Below, in pieces: positions 1 to 14,700 of a DNA stretch of 64,000 nt. The position numbers and the translations under genes were made by a program. How positions within the stretch are numbered: position 1 is the stretch's first letter; each line of letters begins with the position of its first letter. This stretch comes from Takakia lepidozioides (lineage: Eukaryota > Plantae > Bryophyta). The stretch is from NCBI GenBank assembly GCA_030704615.1, contig CM060734.1, positions 45,012,001 to 45,076,000 of the forward strand, written 5' to 3'. The notes under the pieces are model-generated. The model was not told the DNA's origin, made no database searches, and saw only the letters and a program-made list of their open reading frames with translations.

Positions 1-917
1 ATCTCAAGTATATATGATCAACTCTCGAATGGCCAGAAATTCAGCACCGTGGTTGAGTTTAGAGATGCAACAGGTCGGGTGGAGGTGGAGACAAATTCAC
101 GACAGACATCTACAAACCAACACTCAGAGTCGGAGAAGGCAGATTTGCCTCGACCTCGTGACGAGCGTGACGAGCAGGTGCCCGTAACATCGCCAAATAG
201 GCAATTATTACAAAATGACATAATTTCATCATCTCTTCCGGGACAACCAGAACCCACGACGGTTGTTGAGGCATTACAACATGAAGGATGGAAGCATGCG
301 ATGCACCAAGAAATGGAGTCAATTTATAAGAACGGTACATGGACCCTGGAGGACCTTCCTCCAGGTAAAAATCCCATATCCTCAAAATAGAATTTTAAAA
401 CCAAACACAATGCCTCAGGAGAAGTAGAAAAGCTGAAGGCCAGAATTGTTGCGAGAGATTTCGAACAACGGGAAGGTTTGGATTATGATGAAACTTTTGC
501 CCCATGTGGTAAAGTGGGGAACAATCAATACAATTGTAGCCGTGGGACGTGCTGCTTAAGTCCATAGACATCTCACCCTCACACTCATGGATGCAGACAC
601 TATTTCTTAATAACATCACTCATCTAGATGTGAAAACTGCATTCTTAAATGAGGATTTAAATGAAGAGGTCTACATGTACCAGCCGGAGGGCTTCGTGTC
701 TGAAGGAAATGAGCACAAATTCTGCAGATTGAAGAAGGCACTCTATGGCTTGAAGCAAGCTCCTAGGGCTTGGTACAAGAAAATAGACAAAGTTCTCAGG
801 GATCACGGCATGACTCGTAGCGAACATGATCACAACCTTTACTCTCTCTCTGAAAAAGGGAAACATGTATTCCTACTCTTGTATGTGGATGATCTTCTGC
901 TAACAGGGGACTTATAG
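1..917 (+). mobile_element. Ty1/copia retrotransposon pol (RT) fragment, decayed and truncated
   Basis: [86 protein letters not shown]; stop at 388-390 and frameshifts; ends abruptly after YVDD. Confidence 0.95.
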
Positions 918-1986
918 GACAAATCGAAGCGCTGATACTGTAGAAGTACATGAGAGGATCCACATTTAGTTTCTCCACACCCATCTGATGAAGTCTTAGA
1001 CAAAATAAACATACGGCTGTGCTCTAGATGGTTGCATAGGTCGAAGGATGGACAGGAGTGAGGTAGGGTATTGAAGTTAAAACACTCCTACCCACATTAA
1101 TCACAAGCTATTAGTGTAGCTACTCCCCTGTATACAATTAAGGTGCTGCATGTTACTCCTTGTCAGTCCAGCCATTTACCTACTTCTATGCTGAGCCAAG
1201 AATCATCTATAATCTAGGATCTTAACGTGGCCTCTTTCCTAGCGTTGATATCTAGCCAGTAGTGTTGTATATATATCGTGGTGGTCTGTTCTTATATATA
1301 AAGCTTTCAGCACCACCCACAGCAATATATCAGAGGATTCTCAGCCGATGCCTGATCCACATCAGAAATTGCACATACGCTTAATAGGAGAATGGCTAAA
1401 TATGGGTGCTACATGGGAGGTGAAGCAAAATCCACCATTATCACACCCTCATGAAAATGGCCAAGTCACCATGTAAAGTTGGGAGATTTATGATGTCAAA
1501 GAATAATGTGGGAACCCTGCAGCCAAAATGATTGAAGTACATGAACACCAGATCCTTCACAATAATCGACACCAAGTTGATACAGAGGCCCCCTAGAATT
1601 TACAAAGGCCTACAAACACTGGTTGGGTTGATCAAGAGCATGTGAAGATTCTTGTTCTACATACATTGGGGTCAAAAGCATCTGCTCATTCTGTAACTTC
1701 CAATTTACAAGGATAAAACTATTCCAGGAATAGTGGCACCCTGATGCACCAGTTGATTAGCTACTTGTCTGCCTGATCTAAATCTAGATCTCATAGAAGT
1801 TTAGTCAAATCCTTCAAGAAATTGTTAGACCATATGGTGCTAGAGCTACAAGGTGTTCTTTTAAGATATCAGTAAAAAAGGGAAACAGAGTGCTTGAGCA
1901 GGGTTTTGTGGAGGAAATGAGACTGCTGAAGTTATGGAGAGAATGGGCTCACAAGTCTCAAGGTTATACAGAGAGTTTGTGTGTAC

Positions 1987-2545
1987 CTTAACCCAACTGT
2001 ACATGATTCATGTGACTTTACCTTCCAACCAGCAATCATTGCTGGAGTCCAATGCTCGTCTGCAAATCAAAACAACGTCTTAAGCTGAACTAGCTCCTTG
2101 GGATGAAAGGTCGACGTTAAAAAATGACTAATTGAAACTTGCTTTCATTGGGGATTAAATGAAGCTACTTGACCCGATACAACGTTTCACCATTTCTGGT
2201 TTTCTTCAATACTGTGATCTGCTCATTCAACAGTGCGGAAACATGACATGAGCTAGACAACATACCTCTTAACTTTTCCGTAGCTAACAACGAGTATATG
2301 TCACTGTCACTTAGGTACCTCACATGTGTCTTCCAGCATATAACAGGGTTCAGCTTGCATTCAAGGGCATTTTGCATGGGGCATCTAGATGCTGTACAAG
2401 CCACCACCCAAGCCAAACTCCCATATCAGCAGGATGCATGACACATACCTTGCAAATAAACCAGACGCCCCAATAGCCGATCTCATGCTATTGGAGCTCC
2501 ACAATAGCTGACTTCTTGAATGGAAGGTTGTGAGTGTTTACAGAG
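1987..2545 (-). pseudogene. Agenet/Tudor-domain family pseudogene (paralog A)
   Basis: Minus-strand exon ~2545-2449 reads LPFKKSAIVELQ*HEIGYWGVWFICK|gt; exon 2059-1987 reads DEHWTPA..NDCWLEGKVT*IMYSWVK|gtacac; both match the paralogs at 5990 and 12868/16976; in-frame stops and an internal deletion. Confidence 0.7.
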
Positions 2546-3519
2546 AAGAAAAATCCATAACCTTTAGACAGTCTTTGTGGAGTGGTAGGCAAAACAGAAG
2601 AGTTAGCATAACATCAGGCAAAGTCCTCATATTGGCAACAGAGTGAAACCCTGAATTGATGGTTACTAGTATGGCTACTCACTGCCCAGCACAATGCTAT
2701 TGCAGGTTAAATATGTCCCATACACCAGCTACTGAACACCCACATGCTGTAACATTCACCACACACACTTTGAACAATTTCCCAAATGTAATATTATGAT
2801 ACAGAACTCCATATGCTACACACATAAAATGGATCATTGAAAAGCAATTGAATAGAGACGTTTCAGAGAATATCAGGACGCCAACCTAAGAGATGAGGAT
2901 TGGAAACGTGCACACACAGGCCAACGCCAAGCAAACTCAAAGATACAGTTACGCTGCTAACGCAATACAAAAACGGGCGAAAAACCTTCATCCATGGAGG
3001 AAATTGAGCGTTAGCAGCAACTCATACCTCAGTGGTGTTAGCGCAATCTGGAGAGACACCAACATCGTGTAGAATAGCAGGTAGAGTGAATAACACTAAA
3101 TACTAACTATGAAACCAACGAAAATAAGCCCAAAAAATCCCATGGAAAACAAGGAGAGGTAGCACGAACCTCATTCGTGAACGCCGCGACCATGCGGAAG
3201 AACGGGCGTGGGAGAGACACACAATGGTCGCTCCGGAAGAGAGACACCCACACTCTGCAGTCCCTGGGAGAGAGGGAGAAAGAGAGAGAGTGAATACTTT
3301 TCCAACATCATCCAAGTTCCGAGACTTTCATCGAACCTAGATGATGTGTGGTGTGTTCTCGTGCAACGTGTACCCAGCAGGCCCGTGACGTGTGATGGGA
3401 ACCAACGACCCAACCCTAGTGGACCTGCCGGACCCACCTGTCAGCAGTCAAAGTGTCAGACTTTAATGAGCAGCAGAGTAAAAGGACCCACATCACCTTT
3501 CAGTCCTGTGGGTCTGGGT

Positions 3520-4180
3520 TCCGCCTGGCCCATGGGGCCAGTCCCGCCACAAAGTTGAAGACCATTTCTGGTTCTGCCATGTCCGCGACTTCGAGCAACA
3601 GCACATTAAAAGCCTGGACATACCCCCGAATGTCATCTGTTTGCTTCAAATTCCTCATCTTGTCCCGGGCAAGCCAGGACGCGTTGAGGGGCACAAACTG
3701 TCTCTTCAACAATTCCTTGAACCCACTCCAGTTCAAGGTTTCTGGACTTGGACCTCGGTCGTGAAGGCGTTTCTGCCACCATTGTATGCCTGTGGTGCCT
3801 TCAGGCTGGGCCTCTGTGCCTAGAAAAGGGGGTTAATTTCTCCCTCAAGGCCGTGGCTGGGGTTTCCTTGGGATTTAAAAATTTAGAAAAGGTTACAATT
3901 TTGGCTTCATGGAAAAGTGGGAGTCTAATCTCATGAAGTTCTTTCAAACATATTCATAGGGACTCTCAAGTATTTTAACTCTTAAGAAGCAAGGAGAGAA
4001 GATAAATCGGTACTTCTTATTCGGTCCAGACTCCAAGAAGGCCAGTAGGTAAGTTACTATCTCTACACCTCTTCACATCTGGAGGAAATAAACTCTTCTT
4101 CTTTTTAAAAGGGATAAAGCTCTAAGAGGAGTACACGTGGAAAGAGGACCCGTGAATGCGAAACCGACAAAGATACCACC
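3520..4180 (-). mobile_element. Ty3/gypsy gag fragment with possible tRNA-Met PBS
   Basis: WSGFKELLKRQFVPLNASWLARDKMRNLKQTDDIRGYVQAFNVLLLEV is a retrotransposon gag core; TGGTATC on the minus strand at ~4172-4178. Confidence 0.8.
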
Positions 4181-5989
4181 CAAAATCTTTTAGAATCTCA
4201 GTTTCCCACTATGTCCATACACTGCATGTATGACTCTGAATTGAAAGAAATGAACATTTAGAAAATTGGAAAAACCGGAATTGTTTTTAAATCATGTTGC
4301 AGACTTGTCAAACCAGATGGGCCGCTCTTCGCTGAATCAAAATATCAAGCAACTTACTTATGGTCGAGTGGGCCCGGCCAAATATCTACGTGCTTTGAGA
4401 TTGACAGCACGGGTGTGAAGATAGACTCTACACTACTATTCACAAGCTTTTGAATTTTAAAAGCCCAGATACACAAGCCTCCCTCGAGCCACTTCATGCT
4501 ATTTTAGATAACATTAAACAAAAGTATGGAATACATATTTAGCACTAGAAAAGAAGATTTGAAGTGGACAAAACAATCACGAACTCTCCTTCCCTGTGTT
4601 CCAGCCCTCATACAGCGATCACCCAGTAAAATAGTATGAGAGAGAAGTGTTTTGAAGCAACCTTCAGGGCCGCACCACCGCACAAGTAGGGGCAGAAAAT
4701 AATACCAGAGGGAACTAGACAGCAGGATTTGAACTACATCACATCGACATCTCAGTGTTGGGGTGACATAGCAGTTTTCCTTACCATCTCATTCGGTTGG
4801 TGGGGCCAGACAGATTCAGCTTGACATGCCCCAAAGGCCAAATGTCCGTTACATCCGCCAAGTGTGCAAGATAGAATAGAATGGGTAAAAGTTAGTAAAA
4901 GCCCTCCCGTTCAAAGCGGTGGCTCACTCTCCGGGAGGATGGACACGGCAGACACGGCAGACAGGGAGGGAGAGGGGGATGTGACAAGGTGAGAGTGCAG
5001 CGCGTAAGAGGAGTAGGTAGGTCGATTATGGGCGGTCATGACACCAGCCGGGATGTGACCGCTGCAAAGCAAAAAAAATTAATTAGCCGCCATGTAAGTG
5101 CCCGTATATTCTGTGCTCAGTACTGGCATTGATGATGAATGGATGGAAAGATTGATGTATGCAGCAGGTGTATCGAGAGGAGATATGCAGTATCAGCAGC
5201 AAGGGAGTCATGGCCGTCTACTAGTGCTCTTCAGTGCTTATTCACAGTGCTCTTCATTCAAAGCGCAGTAGTAGTAGTGCTGATCTTGCGTGTTGCTTTG
5301 ATGCGTTGCTGCGTCTCTTCGGCGATCACCTCAGTTAGCAACGTCTCTTCGGCGATCACCTCCGTTTTTGTGCCCGACCTCAGTTCGTGTACGAAGCACC
5401 TCCGTTTTCGTGTCTGACCCACTTTCGTGTTCGTGTATCAGGTTCTGCAAAAATTTCTGGTTTTCGGTAGATATTCACTCATAGCAGACAGTTGGCTACG
5501 TTGATCTCACGTTGTTGGTGTCTCTCTTGACGTTTTCGTGTCTGATCCCAACGGAGGTTTCTGCTGCCTTTCTTTCGGGTTTCATAGGTGGTGTCTCTCT
5601 TGACGTTTTCGTGTCTGATCCCAACTGTTCAAGTTTCTTCTTTCGGGTTTCATAGAAAGTTTCCTTTTAGAGATATTCTTTAGTCGTCTGTTTTAAATCG
5701 ACAGTCTATGTACAATTTCACAACAAATTTGTGTGGATCTAATGTCATGAAGGGTATTTGTAACTCATTCCCTCAAGAGCAAATGGCTTAAAAATGTCTC
5801 AAAATGTGCTTGTCAATCATGTTATGCTAGACTCTTGTGTAGATTACTTTCATGGTGGAGCCAAGGAGTCGATTCACCACGTTTCTGGAGTTGAATTAAG
5901 TCTACGATATGTACCCTCTTGCGCTCCATACCAGACATATAATGAGAGAGGGAAATGAAGTGATGATAGGACATTTATGTGATTTACAG

Positions 5990-8721
5990 AGGAACATTGG
6001 GCTCCAGCTTACTGCTTCAACCCTTCCATGGAGCATGTTGGGAACAAAGGGTTTGAAACCATGTTGCGTCCTATGCCCCCTCCATTTCATAAAATGGCAG
6101 ACCGACGTAGCAAATTGGAACCCACAGGGCAAAGTGATTTTGCAAGTTAGGCCATGGGATATTGGAGATTTGGTTGATTGGAAGAAAGACGGTTGTTGGT
6201 GGCAAGGAAAAATCACTAAAACCATCAAGAGTTGTGTTGAGGTACACAAGCTAACACTCTCCACAACCATGAGACTCCTCATATAACCTCTATTAGGTAA
6301 ATAAGTAGTTTGGCATAAAGTTGTTGTTATATTGTAGTTTTGCTCAGATGTTTGCTTCCTCATGAGAAGCTGAAGTCATTTCAGGTACTACGTCAGTACA
6401 GTTATGCTTGAGTGAAGATGTTGACCTTTCGGCTATACCTACTGAGCATTAGCTTACATCATGGCCGAGCTTCCCATTACTTCTTGAAAAGTGGTAGAAA
6501 CTCAATATGAAGATTAGCTTTACCTATTGAGTCCTAGCTAACCTTGTGGCTAAGTTTTCCCATGACCTCCAAAAAAGTGGTTGAAATTCTGTATGAAAAT
6601 TTGTGTAATGATATGCCCATGAGTGTTACAGTAGTGTTCTATGTGCTCAACACTCAGTGGGGATTGGTAGCAGCTTGTTATTACCATCTATTTATTGCTG
6701 ATGATATTGTGTCTAAGGTTTCCCACAGTAGTGGTAGCAGCTTGTTGGATATGATGTCAACTAGCACTCATCAACTCCATGTATACAGTTCTAAGATTTG
6801 TATAATGAAATGCCCCATGATTTTGAGTGTAGTACTCTAAAGCGTTCTACACCGCCGCCGGCCCCTGGAGCTGAAAAAGTCAATGGGAAGTACCTTGTGA
6901 CTGCCCAAGTTGATGTACCTGAGTGACATGACAATGTTAAGCTTTTGCACTCTCTATATTGCTCAAGTGTAGGTTGTAAGTTGGGATGGTAACATCTGTT
7001 GGTCTTCCCAAATTTCTGAATTAAATATGATACTTGAAGCCACTGTCTTCCCACTGTTTTCTATTATGCACTGATTGGTACATTATTATCAACATCTTGT
7101 TATTTGTTAGGCCATGAAGCCAGAGGTGGACTTTAGGCATTGACTTCTTGGATTCTGTCTTCCCAGATTATGAGATTGATGCATTTGAGAATACTCCTTG
7201 ATTATTCAAACTGAAAATTAACAATATAGTGGGAATCCCCAAAGTTTTAGCATTGGACTGTCCACTGAGCTAAGTGCTTACAGGTTTGCCAGCTGCACAT
7301 GTAAACTAGCTGGCCCTCGCCTCCTAACCTAAATTTCCATTGTCATGTTTAGATATCCTTGCCAGAGCCTCCAGTAGGAGAAGGCGAATCATATTGTGCA
7401 AGATCAAGAGATTTGCGTCCTTCAATGTTGTGGGACATGGAAACAAATATGTGGAGTCTCCCAGCTGCCTCCAAGGTTACCTTCTAACTTCTGATATTGC
7501 GATTGCTTGAGGTTCTTAATGTACTTTCTTCAAGTTGCGAGACATTTTGCCATAGACCTATATTTACTCAGCAATGCATTCGCTTTGGACACAACCTGTT
7601 TAAGACACCCCTATGGTGTCCCTTGCTGCATTGTTGTTACAGGTGGTCTGGCCTGGCCAAGATAATTCTGGTTGTTGTTGGCTCCAGTCTGGTTCACCTA
7701 CCTAGTCGAGGAACCACAAATGTGGCCTGATCCCACCTCTTGCGACGGGAAATGCAAAATGGACTATGCTGTCTGGGACACCAAGAAATATTCTTATGAA
7801 TCTGCTAACTCTTTTCATGCACACCATGTTAAAGTTACGGCTGATAAATGATCTTGAGGCTTAAGTGTCTTGTAATTTGTGCATCAACCAAAGGCTTTTG
7901 TGGGCAGACTTCTTTTGTAACAATTAGAATATGTTTTCCTTCACAGAGAGGTGCCATTGAGGTGCCATGTGCCCAGATGTTGGATATGCCAATGGTGCGC
8001 CCGGATCTTGCAAGAACTGGAGAAAGAGGCGGGGCATCAAACTCCTTCCACAGGTTGCCTACTGGAGTGGAGAGTGCAGGAAACCAAGGAAACCATGCAT
8101 CGCTTAGTGTGAGAGCTGAGAAGAGCTCTTTGACTCCACCCCCGTCACCCGCCATTGCATCATCGGAGCCATCAGACAAGCCCCCTGGTAAACAACTCAC
8201 AAATCCAAGTAGAAAGCCAGTTATGTGATCTACATTCTGTCAGTTTCTGAAGTCTGATGCACTGTGCTATTCCCTTAATAGTGGGTTATACTAAACCCAA
8301 AACTTCCTTCATCTGGCATCTGAAGGTTAGATGATATCAATATACAGTTCAAGGGAGCCACCAATTGCATGGATTCCAGAGTGCCTGAGATTGCAAGAAT
8401 GGAAACCGACTTAGTACAAGGGAATTGACAAAGGTGTGATGAATGTGAAACTTTTTAGTTCAAATATGTATTTCAGGGCCTATGTTGTGAGTTGATCTCC
8501 CTTCCTCCACCTACTTGTTCTCATTGTATATGACAGGAGAAGGGCAAGAGAAGGTAAAAGATGACTCTGGAGCAACTCGAGAGAAACTGCTAAATGGATC
8601 GATGCCTGAACATGCAAGCACACAGCTTGGTGTGGTCAAGAGAGCCATGAAGAAAAAGCAGAAAGTCTACAGTATACTTCTGCACCAGGCGAGAGTCAGG
8701 GCACTTGGAGGATGGTTATAA
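5990..8721 (+). pseudogene. Agenet/Tudor-domain family gene, frameshifted (paralog B)
   Basis: Exon 5990-6241: EEHWAPA..ETMLRPMPPPF, frameshift, KVILQVRPWDIGDLVDWKKDGCWWQGKITK; exon 7353-7475: ISLPEPPVGEGESYCARSRDLRPSMLWDMETNMWSLP; low-complexity exons ~7946-8208 and ~8537-8693; ag/gt sites; no N-terminal exon found. Confidence 0.75.
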
Positions 8722-9899
8722 CAGTTGCCCTTTTTGTGTCCAATGTATTAGTGTTCGGATTCAGTGCTCTCCTACAGATTTAAATTTGCATCTTTATGTA
8801 GCCAATTGTTGGAACCCAGTAGCAAGTAAAGCTGAGCATATCCTCCACTAAGTGGGTATTGCTCAGCACCTAGCTACTGAATAGTGCATCATTGTCTGTT
8901 GTTCAAAATTCTGAAAGTGAATTATTTTGATTCCAAAGTCTGTAAAAAAAGGTTGAACATTTCAAGCTTCCCTGTCCATAGAGGATGGGCTAGCAGAGAT
9001 TTAAAGCTTTTTTGGCATTCAGATTACTGGTCTCATTTGTGCTGTCAAGTTTCTGAAGTGGGGCTGTTGTGACAAAATTAAAAGATGCTTGAGGATTTTC
9101 AGGAGTCATTGCTTGGGCTTTGATGGAAGTGTTGCAATGTTATCCAAGGCCATAAAGAAATTCGGATAAGTAGAGCAATTGTACTCGCAAAGTCATCCAC
9201 GAGACATTCTAAAATTGCTTTAGAAATTCTAAAATTGCTTTAGAAATTAGATGTGAGGAGACAGATGTGTGATGACAATTCTGGATCGTGAATTTGGGGA
9301 TAAGATGAGGTGCTAAGTGTGAGAGACTAGGCATGGCTGACTCTTGTTTTGGTAACATTGGCAATGATTTACCAGAAACTTTAGGTTGCGACCTAGAGGT
9401 TTTGGGGTACCTCTAAACGGATCATACCGTCAATGAAGATTGAGATGCACTGCATTTGCCTATTACAGAAGAATCATGGTAGGGCCTCTCCATAAGCTTA
9501 GCAACAAGGCTGCAGTGAACAGATTCCCCATAAGCCAAATTTAATAGGCAAAGTTCACCTACAAACTGCTCGATGTATGGACCCCTTGCCAATTGTATTT
9601 GGAATACTACTAGAAGGTGGCCTCCTTCTACGGCCCTCTCACAACTCCCCATATGTGAGCTCTATTTCATTCACTTTAAGTTTTGCCTCAACTGCTTCTT
9701 TGAACAACCCATGTTGTATACCATACAAGCTTGCCCCACTCCTCATTGCCATCCAATAGCAGGGCTGCACCATAGCCTTATAGCAATTGTTATATACAAG
9801 CTCAAGCAGTAAATAATTAGTGGTAACTGGTAACATTAATATCTATTTAAGGTAAGCAGCCAACTATGTGTCATGCTCAAGAAAGTTGAGCTAAAATTA

Positions 9900-12800
9900 G
9901 AACTCCTTTGGTTAGGGGAAATTTGTTTTACTGTAAGATATGGACCTCCAGAAACCTCGTCAACGATAATCTCGGTGAGGTAAAACTTCGGCGAACTTTA
10001 ACTTCGGCGAACTTTAGGTTTTCTTTGCCTCGTGTGTACCTCTGTATATTCCTCTTCTCCTCCCGAGTGCCCATCCACTTTTTTTCTTTATTTACCCATC
10101 CACTGATATCGTTGACACACGAAGTTGCCTACTGCACTCTCCAAGGGGATTTAACAGGCCTTCCCCACGTTTTGGACTCAGACCGGAACCTCTCAAGTGG
10201 AGTTCATTTGGTTTTGGCCGGGGCGATTTCAAGTGAAGCATACTCAAGCCGACTATGTCAGCAGCAGTTCTTTCGGGTAAGCGTTTCTGGTCATACTCTC
10301 AGCCCACCCATGGCCATATGTTCTCTTCCTCCACAGGTTCAGAAGCAATTCCTTGCTTAGTGTTTCCCATCACACCGTGTAACCTCGCCCTGGGGCATAT
10401 CTTATCTTCCTACACGGATTCCAGGTGCGCGCCTTGTAGGGTTTTTCTACTAAGCAAGAAGAATTGATTGGTGTCCTCTGGTTTCTTTAGTTAGCCTCAT
10501 TTGCCTTCTCTTTTTCACAAAGGTTTTCTTCCTATATTGTGGTTGATAACAACATCAATTGTCTTTTGTTCTCCTTTCTCCCTTTCATTTCCCTTTGCCT
10601 TCTCTTTCACAAAGGTTTTCTTCATCAATTGTCTTTTGTTCTCCTCTCTTCCCTTTCATTTTCCTTGTTATCTTTGTGGTGGCATTTCCCTTCTCCAATT
10701 CTCGAAACTTTGTCTATTCCTTGGTGTTTGTTGGTGGCCAAGGACCGGTCAATTGTCATGAGGGCTAGGCCTTGGCAACCGTTCTCTCTTCCTATGTATC
10801 TATTTCTATTGGCCATTGGTGTTTTGTGTTCTTTCCGGTGCTATGGCCTTCTTGATTGCATATGTAAGATTGTCTTGTCTTAAGGTGTATATGGTTGAGC
10901 TTACCAATGAAGTTGAAGTTTGGGTTCATATGTATTTTCATATGTAGATTAAAATAGATTTGATGTATTAGGCCCAAGTACATTTGAGGTCTTGCGGTGA
11001 ATAGGGAGTGGAGGTGGAGGAAAGAAGTGTTTCAAAGACTCTTACCACTACATAGTTAGGATCCTAACTTTTTCTTCTCACTCTAGCCCTACGTTGTCAT
11101 GGAATGCTTGGTCTTGGCAATGGTTCTCTCTTACAACCAATCAGCCATAGGTGTTTTGTGTACTCCTTTAGTGCTCTTGCCTTTTCCATTGCCTTTTTCA
11201 AGCTTATCTCAGATTGTCTTCTCTTGAGGTGATTGTTACTTAACTTATTGATGTTTGGATTTGAGGGAATGTTTCATCATTACATTAAAGTGGACCTAAT
11301 TCTATAACAGGCACATCAAAGTAGAGATTTTTGGGGTGAATAGAGAATGGGTGGAATGAAATGTGTTTTCAAGGATCCTAACCTCATAACCTTGTCTTTT
11401 CACTCGAGCCTATGTTTGCAGTTTTAGGTGCAATAGAACTTGTCTTCTCTCATTTATATCGCCACACCTTGAGGATAAGCCTTTAGTCCTCCTTCCTTGT
11501 TGTAACCTTTGGTGGGTAGACTTTAAAGGGTATTTTCCAATACTAGGAAGGCATTCTCCAATCGTGGAGAGAAAACCTTTGGTACACTTGGAAGGTATTC
11601 TCTAGTCCTCTTGCTAAATGTCAATTGGTGAGGCATCATCTATTGGCCTCGGTGATGACCATTCATAGCGTCACGATGCCTCATAGGTAGTGTTCATACG
11701 CAAACGTAAGGATCACTTGCTTTGCTCCAAGAACCTTCTGATTTTGTAAGGTACAATTGGATTCAATTCTTAGCTAGTTCTTCATGTAGGAGAAGGGCCC
11801 ATGTGTTAGGCCTTTCGCCATTTCTGGACTCTAGCCTTGGGCATTCCCGCCCTTGTCTAGGGCCCACAATGGCAAAAGGCCCTTCTCCTATACAATTAAC
11901 ATGTGAACAATGTTTCATATCTCGTCAACACTCGTAGGTGATAGCTCATCTTATACCTTACCAACGAAGGTATATAGAAGAAGACTTTGGTCGAAGTTAG
12001 CGCAGATAAGGTCCACTTCCCCTACAAAGTTAACAAGCTAGGATGTCATCTTTGATTGGGAGTAGGCAACCAAGCTTTAAAAGGGGAATCACTAGGTAAA
12101 CCATAGGCCTAATGTGTGGGTACTTTGGGTCTTTTGAGTTCTTGGGGGAAGATTTGAACAACCACATTAGCGAAGTTCCATGTAATTGTGTTTTCATATC
12201 TCGGTAACATTCGTAGTTGATAGCTCATCTTGTAACTGACCAACTAAGTTACATAGAGAGAAGACTTTGGTCGAAGTTAGCGCAAATAAGGTACACTTCC
12301 CCTACAAAGTTAGCAAGTTAGGTATCATCTTTGATTAGGCGACCAAGTTATAAGCATTAGCCAAGTTATAAGCATTAGAAGATCTACACCTTCCAAAGAA
12401 ATGGACAATTCTTTGGATGATGAAGTAGTAAAATTTAGACTTGCTATTGGTGAAGTCCATCTTTTTTTGTTAGTTGGATTATTTTGATGTAATTGTGACA
12501 CTTCACATATAGTGGGCTTTTGCAAATTTGTGTATCTACCACTATCTAAAACCAACTTCTATCTCCATATTACTTGTAGAATAAGGATAAATTGCCTACG
12601 AATGCTTATTATAACTACGCAAGTACACTTGACTATACTATGACATGAGAATGTTGAAATTTGTAGGCTACATAAGCATATCTTTATAAGTCCAATTGAA
12701 GTCAAACAGAATTATTTTTGGTGTTTGTAGGCTACATACGCATATCTTTATAGTCCAATTGAAGTCAAACAGAATTATTTTTGGTGTCACGCAGACTTGA

Positions 12801-14700
12801 ACAACCGTTTTCACAGTAACTCGCGCTGGCATTTGTTTGAAGGAGAATGGGAAGGACAAATTCCTCAATGTCGACAGATCTTCCATTCCATGATAAGAAG
12901 TGGTGAACTCCGATCATTTGAGGAGGGCTATCGGGGTGCATGGTTTACTTGTGTGGTATGTTTCATCTTCTTTGACCAAGTGAGCAGAGCTAGTTGAAAG
13001 CATCAAGTTTGGGGTAATAATGGGGATGTTGTCCATGTAATGTATCTTCATTGCATCATTTCATTGAGTTTGGAGCCTCTATGGAAAACATGGTTTGACA
13101 ATTGATTTCTCCAACCGCCACTCAATGGTCGGGACAGAATCATGTAAGGGAATTCGGAGAGAGGAAGGAGCCACTTCTTCCAAGTATTTTGGGCTTTGAC
13201 CCTCTTCCGATCTCCTCTCTCCAAAAGAGAATAAACCGTTAATATGACTCCCCTTTAGGGCATAGTTCCTCCAAGGGTCTTCCTAGCAATATCTGGTGCA
13301 CAAAAAGCTCAGCTCACTAATGTTCATTGGGTAATTGTCCCACAGTACTTCCTAAGCCCTATTGTTTCCCCTCATGAGGAAAGCAACCAATGGTACACCA
13401 TGGATTTGTGAAATGTGGGCCCAAACCATGGTGCTTTTTGCTTGACTCCCGTCCCAACTAGGTCCTCCTCCAGTGGGTGGCATAAGACTAACGGTAGGAC
13501 ATGGCTATTGGACACCGGGGGCCTGATCCATGGAGTGTTTGCTGGTCTCCCATTCCACCCAAGTTTTCCTGCAATGAAGGTGATCTCCAATTTCTCCGAA
13601 CCCCTTTTCAAAGTGTTCAAGGAGCATTTATTACAATTAGCCGCTAGTGAAGCACCAAAGTCCAATAGGGAGTCCTCCCCTTGGAAGAAAGGGAAAATTT
13701 TCAACATTTGGCGAAGGTCCAATCATAGCATAGTTCTTTTTGGTTTTTTGCTTGGTCCTAGCTAGTCCTTAAGTCTTAGCAGTCATTCTTTAGGTTAAGT
13801 GCCTAATCCCCATTCAATGTTGGAGCATAACTTGCTTAGGTGTCCCTAACTGGGCTCTATTAGAGGTGCTAGAGATAAACCCACAAAATACAATGTCAGC
13901 CGTAAGTTGCTATGTTTGGGGCATTTGATTGTACCTTTCGCCTCACACTAGCCTACCACCCCCTTTTTGCAGTAGGACTGATAACTATCATAAGATAGTG
14001 TGTCCAGGCCCTTTTCAAGATTACACAATTTGACCTTTTGGTTTTAAGTACTCTGGACTATCACTTGATAGCTTTGTGGGAAAGTCATGATATTTGCCGT
14101 AAGCTACCATGTTTGGGCTGTTTCAGATTTCTTCTTTTGGCCTTCTAGTCTATTTTACTACCATCTTCACAGCTTTGTGGGACCTCAAGGCTCCTATTTA
14201 TGGATACAACTCCTGTTGACACCTCCCAGAAATGGCCATTGGTATAATTAGCTGCTGGTAGTTTGTCAAAATCTTGCTGTGCACTATGACCTACTTCCAC
14301 CCACTCACTCAACTTGCAAATCTAATGTCTATCTTTTTTTCCGGGTACCTTTGTGTACACTTTCATACTCGAATTGCCAAAGTTTACTTGTTGTGATTTT
14401 AGTGTATGAAGTTTGATAGAACACCACTGCCTACAGGATATGGGTATTTTTGCCAAGAGCCACCCCCTCTTGGTCCCCCATGTTATCACCTTATTTGGAG
14501 GCAATTAAATTGGCCACCATAAACCTCAATAGGGTCTTGCCTAGCTTAGGCCCGCACATACCTTAAGATCCACAATGATTCCGCTTAGGAAGCATTGGCT
14601 TCTAGGTATGGGTGAGAATTGTTCTGCCTTAGCTCCTTCAACCACGCTCCCCATCAAAATGGTTGCTAGTGGGAAAACCATATAATCACAACTCACTCTC
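9900..14700. mobile_element. Heavily decayed LTR-retrotransposon-like debris with local duplications
   Basis: No long ORF; duplications at ~10505-10670, 11900-12080 vs 12180-12345 and 12661-12790; faint copia-like residues (GPHVITLFGGN, PHQNG) at ~14470-14670; overlaps the first exon of paralog C. Confidence 0.35.
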